From the NCBI GenBank assembly GCA_051305935.1, contig JBPPMG010000486.1, positions 1 to 54,599 on the forward strand: 54,599 nt of DNA, written 5' to 3'. Both the position numbers and the translations under genes were made by a program. Numbering within the stretch: the stretch's first letter is position 1; each line of letters starts with the position of its first letter. Positions 52,934 to 54,599 of the stretch are shown here, in pieces. The notes beneath the pieces were generated by a model. That model was given only the letters and a program-made list of their open reading frames with translations, searched no databases and was not told the DNA's origin. This DNA comes from Thermoanaerobaculia bacterium (GTDB lineage: Bacteria > Acidobacteriota > Thermoanaerobaculia > Gp7-AA8).

Positions 52934-54246
52934 TCGCGCGCTCGGAACAGGCTCAGCCGATTGCGCTCGAGGAAGTCGAGTTGCGCCTGGAACTCGTCGC
53001 CGTACGGTCCGACCCACACCGGCATCCGCGCGCGCTCCGCGCACTGCTGCGCGTCGCGTGTCACGAGATAGCAATCGCGCCAGTCGCGTCGCGCCTCCGA
53101 GAACGCGACGGTCGACCGGTCGTGCTGAAGCGAAACGGGAAGGACCGCACCGGCCGAAAGTGCGACGACGAAAGCGGTCAGCGCGACCCTCACACCTTTT
53201 CGTTCGACGCTGCGCGCCGCGAAATAGAGAGCGAGCATGCCCGGGACCATCAACGGCATGTAGCGCGACGACTGGCCGTACTGCGCTCCCTGGGCAGCGC
53301 GTCCGGCCGCGGCGAGCGCGACGAAAAGAAGAGTGAATGCCGAGAGCGTGAAGATCGCGCGGCTCCGGGTATCCTCTGGCGCACGCAGAACGCGCGCCAG
53401 TCGCTGAAGGGCCATGCCGGTCATCGCCGCGAGAAGCACCGCGCCCGCGAACACTGCGAGCCCGCCGAACCGCCCGAGCTCGATCGAGCCGAAGCGCGCC
53501 GGCATGAGCGCCGCGAACCGGAACGACTCCACGAGCGACGCGGGCGTGCCGGGCTCGACGCGATATCCCGCAAGAAAGAGAGGCAACGCGCAGGCGAGGG
53601 CGACGACGGGAAGGAGATGGGGGGCCGAAGCGCGGGGCCCGTCCCGCCGCAAAGCGAGCGAGGCATCGTGCGCGAAGAGCGCGAGAAGGATCGGAGCCGC
53701 GACCATGCCGAAGCCGGTGAAGAGCAGGAGCGGCGCAAGCAGCGAGAGAGCGATCGCGCGCGACCAGCCGGAAGGCGACGCGAAGGCGAGGCACGCGAGA
53801 AGCAGGAAGAGCGTCGGAAGCACGCCGTGCGCAGGAATCGGCACCAGCACGACCGCTTCGACCTGCACGAGGTTGAGCACGATCGCCGGGATGACGAGAT
53901 CCAGCCCGTCGATGCGCCCGAACAGCTTCCGTTTGAGTGCGAGCGCCGCCAGGCACGAGAGAAGGCAGATCGCGATGACCGCGACGGAGTCGGCGCGCGC
54001 GTCCCAGCCGCTCGCGCTGAGGCCGGCCCACGTTACGAGCGAGCCACCGCCGATTCGGTGCGGCCCGTGCTGGAGTAGGAACGCTCCCAAGGGACCGTCG
54101 CCCTCGAAGAACGGAGCGTTGATCATCCACTGATCCGAAAGGAAGACGTCGACGCCGTGCTCGGCGACGAGGATCAGGGCCGCGACGGCTAGGGCCGTGG
54201 CCGCGGCGAGCACGAGCGTGACCGACAGCCGTTCGGCCTTATCCAT
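52930..54246 (-). CDS. Polytopic membrane protein, possibly GT-C glycosyltransferase-like
   Basis: About 10 hydrophobic segments; DQW and QHGPHR in the first loop, GR...G...SSRY later. Function is inferred. Confidence 0.7.
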   Translation of the reverse strand: MDKAERLSVTLVLAAATALAVAALILVAEHGVDVFLSDQWMINAPFFEGDGPLGAFLLQHGPHRIGGGSLVTWAGLSASGWDARADSVAVIAICLLSCLAALALKRKLFGRIDGLDLVIPAIVLNLVQVEAVVLVPIPAHGVLPTLFLLLACLAFASPSGWSRAIALSLLAPLLLFTGFGMVAAPILLALFAHDASLALRRDGPRASAPHLLPVVALACALPLFLAGYRVEPGTPASLVESFRFAALMPARFGSIELGRFGGLAVFAGAVLLAAMTGMALQRLARVLRAPEDTRSRAIFTLSAFTLLFVALAAAGRAAQGAQYGQSSRYMPLMVPGMLALYFAARSVERKGVRVALTAFVVALSAGAVLPVSLQHDRSTVAFSEARRDWRDCYLVTRDAQQCAERARMPVWVGPYGDEFQAQLDFLERNRLSLFRARD

Positions 54247-54287
54247 CGCGACCGAACTCTACACCACCGGCGAGGCCGGGAAGCCCG

Positions 54288-54599
54288 TCAGGCGCGCTTC
54301 TCCTCCATCAGCGCCATGAGGTTCTCTTCCGAATCGCGGAAGAAGGCCATCCAGAGATCGTGGTCGGGCATCTTCGCGATGAGATGTGGGTCGCCCTCGA
54401 AGCGGACCCCTTTCTCCGCGAGCTCGCCGTGCCGCGTCTCGATGCCGTCGGTCACGAAGTAGAGCACTGAGTTGCCCGCCGGCTGCCCGGGCTCCGGGCG
54501 CGTCATCATGATCCGGAGCCCGCCGCAGACGAAGAACGCCATGTTCGGGACCTGGAACGCGAGGGTGATCCCGAGCGTGTCGCGGTAGAAGGCAACCGC
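54288..54599 (-). CDS. VOC/glyoxalase family protein, 5' end outside the window
   Basis: AVAFYRDTLG..., LYF.T..I.....L..KGV.F and FFRDSE.N. Confidence 0.9.
   Translation of the reverse strand, partial: AVAFYRDTLGITLAFQVPNMAFFVCGGLRIMMTRPEPGQPAGNSVLYFVTDGIETRHGELAEKGVRFEGDPHLIAKMPDHDLWMAFFRDSEENLMALMEEKRA

Overview
GC-rich bacterial chromosome segment spanning the replication origin. The lineage is probably Acidobacteriota; this is inferred from the DnaA signature, the TTTTCCACA-type boxes, the split atp operon and the kinase-TM-TPR protein. The minus-strand core runs rpmH-rnpA-yidD-yidC-jag-mnmE-(parS x2)-mnmG-rsmG-parA-parB-bactofilin, then atpF'-F-H-A-G-D-C, an AbrB/Doc toxin-antitoxin pair, topA and a partial SLC13 transporter. 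The plus-strand core is dnaA-dnaN-recF-gyrB-gyrA. Beyond these lie an acyl-CoA dehydrogenase, rng, tRNA-Asn, an MBL hydrolase, a CsgG-like protein, a PNPOx / PNPOx-GAF-wHTH pair, an SSADH, hslVU, RluA, two BON proteins, recA, a stand-alone parC, NAT, a GIY-YIG nuclease, a divergent RlmN-like enzyme, a Ser/Thr kinase plus lipoprotein, a desaturase remnant, a membrane protein and a partial VOC gene. The most unusual signals are mostly non-coding. (1) The small GIY-YIG gene is enclosed by 57-bp inverted repeats, making it a candidate nuclease-only mobile or repeat-propagating unit. (2) Three GTGG-tagged REPIN-like elements all abut gyrA or parC, and one carries a second, nested GTAG-type pair. 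(3) Several heptamer tandem arrays are arranged as inverted pairs. Protein-level oddities are the RlmN-like enzyme with altered active-site motifs, a putative flavin-sensing one-component regulator module, and a probable ATT start codon. All family calls come from motifs recognised by eye; no database searches were run.
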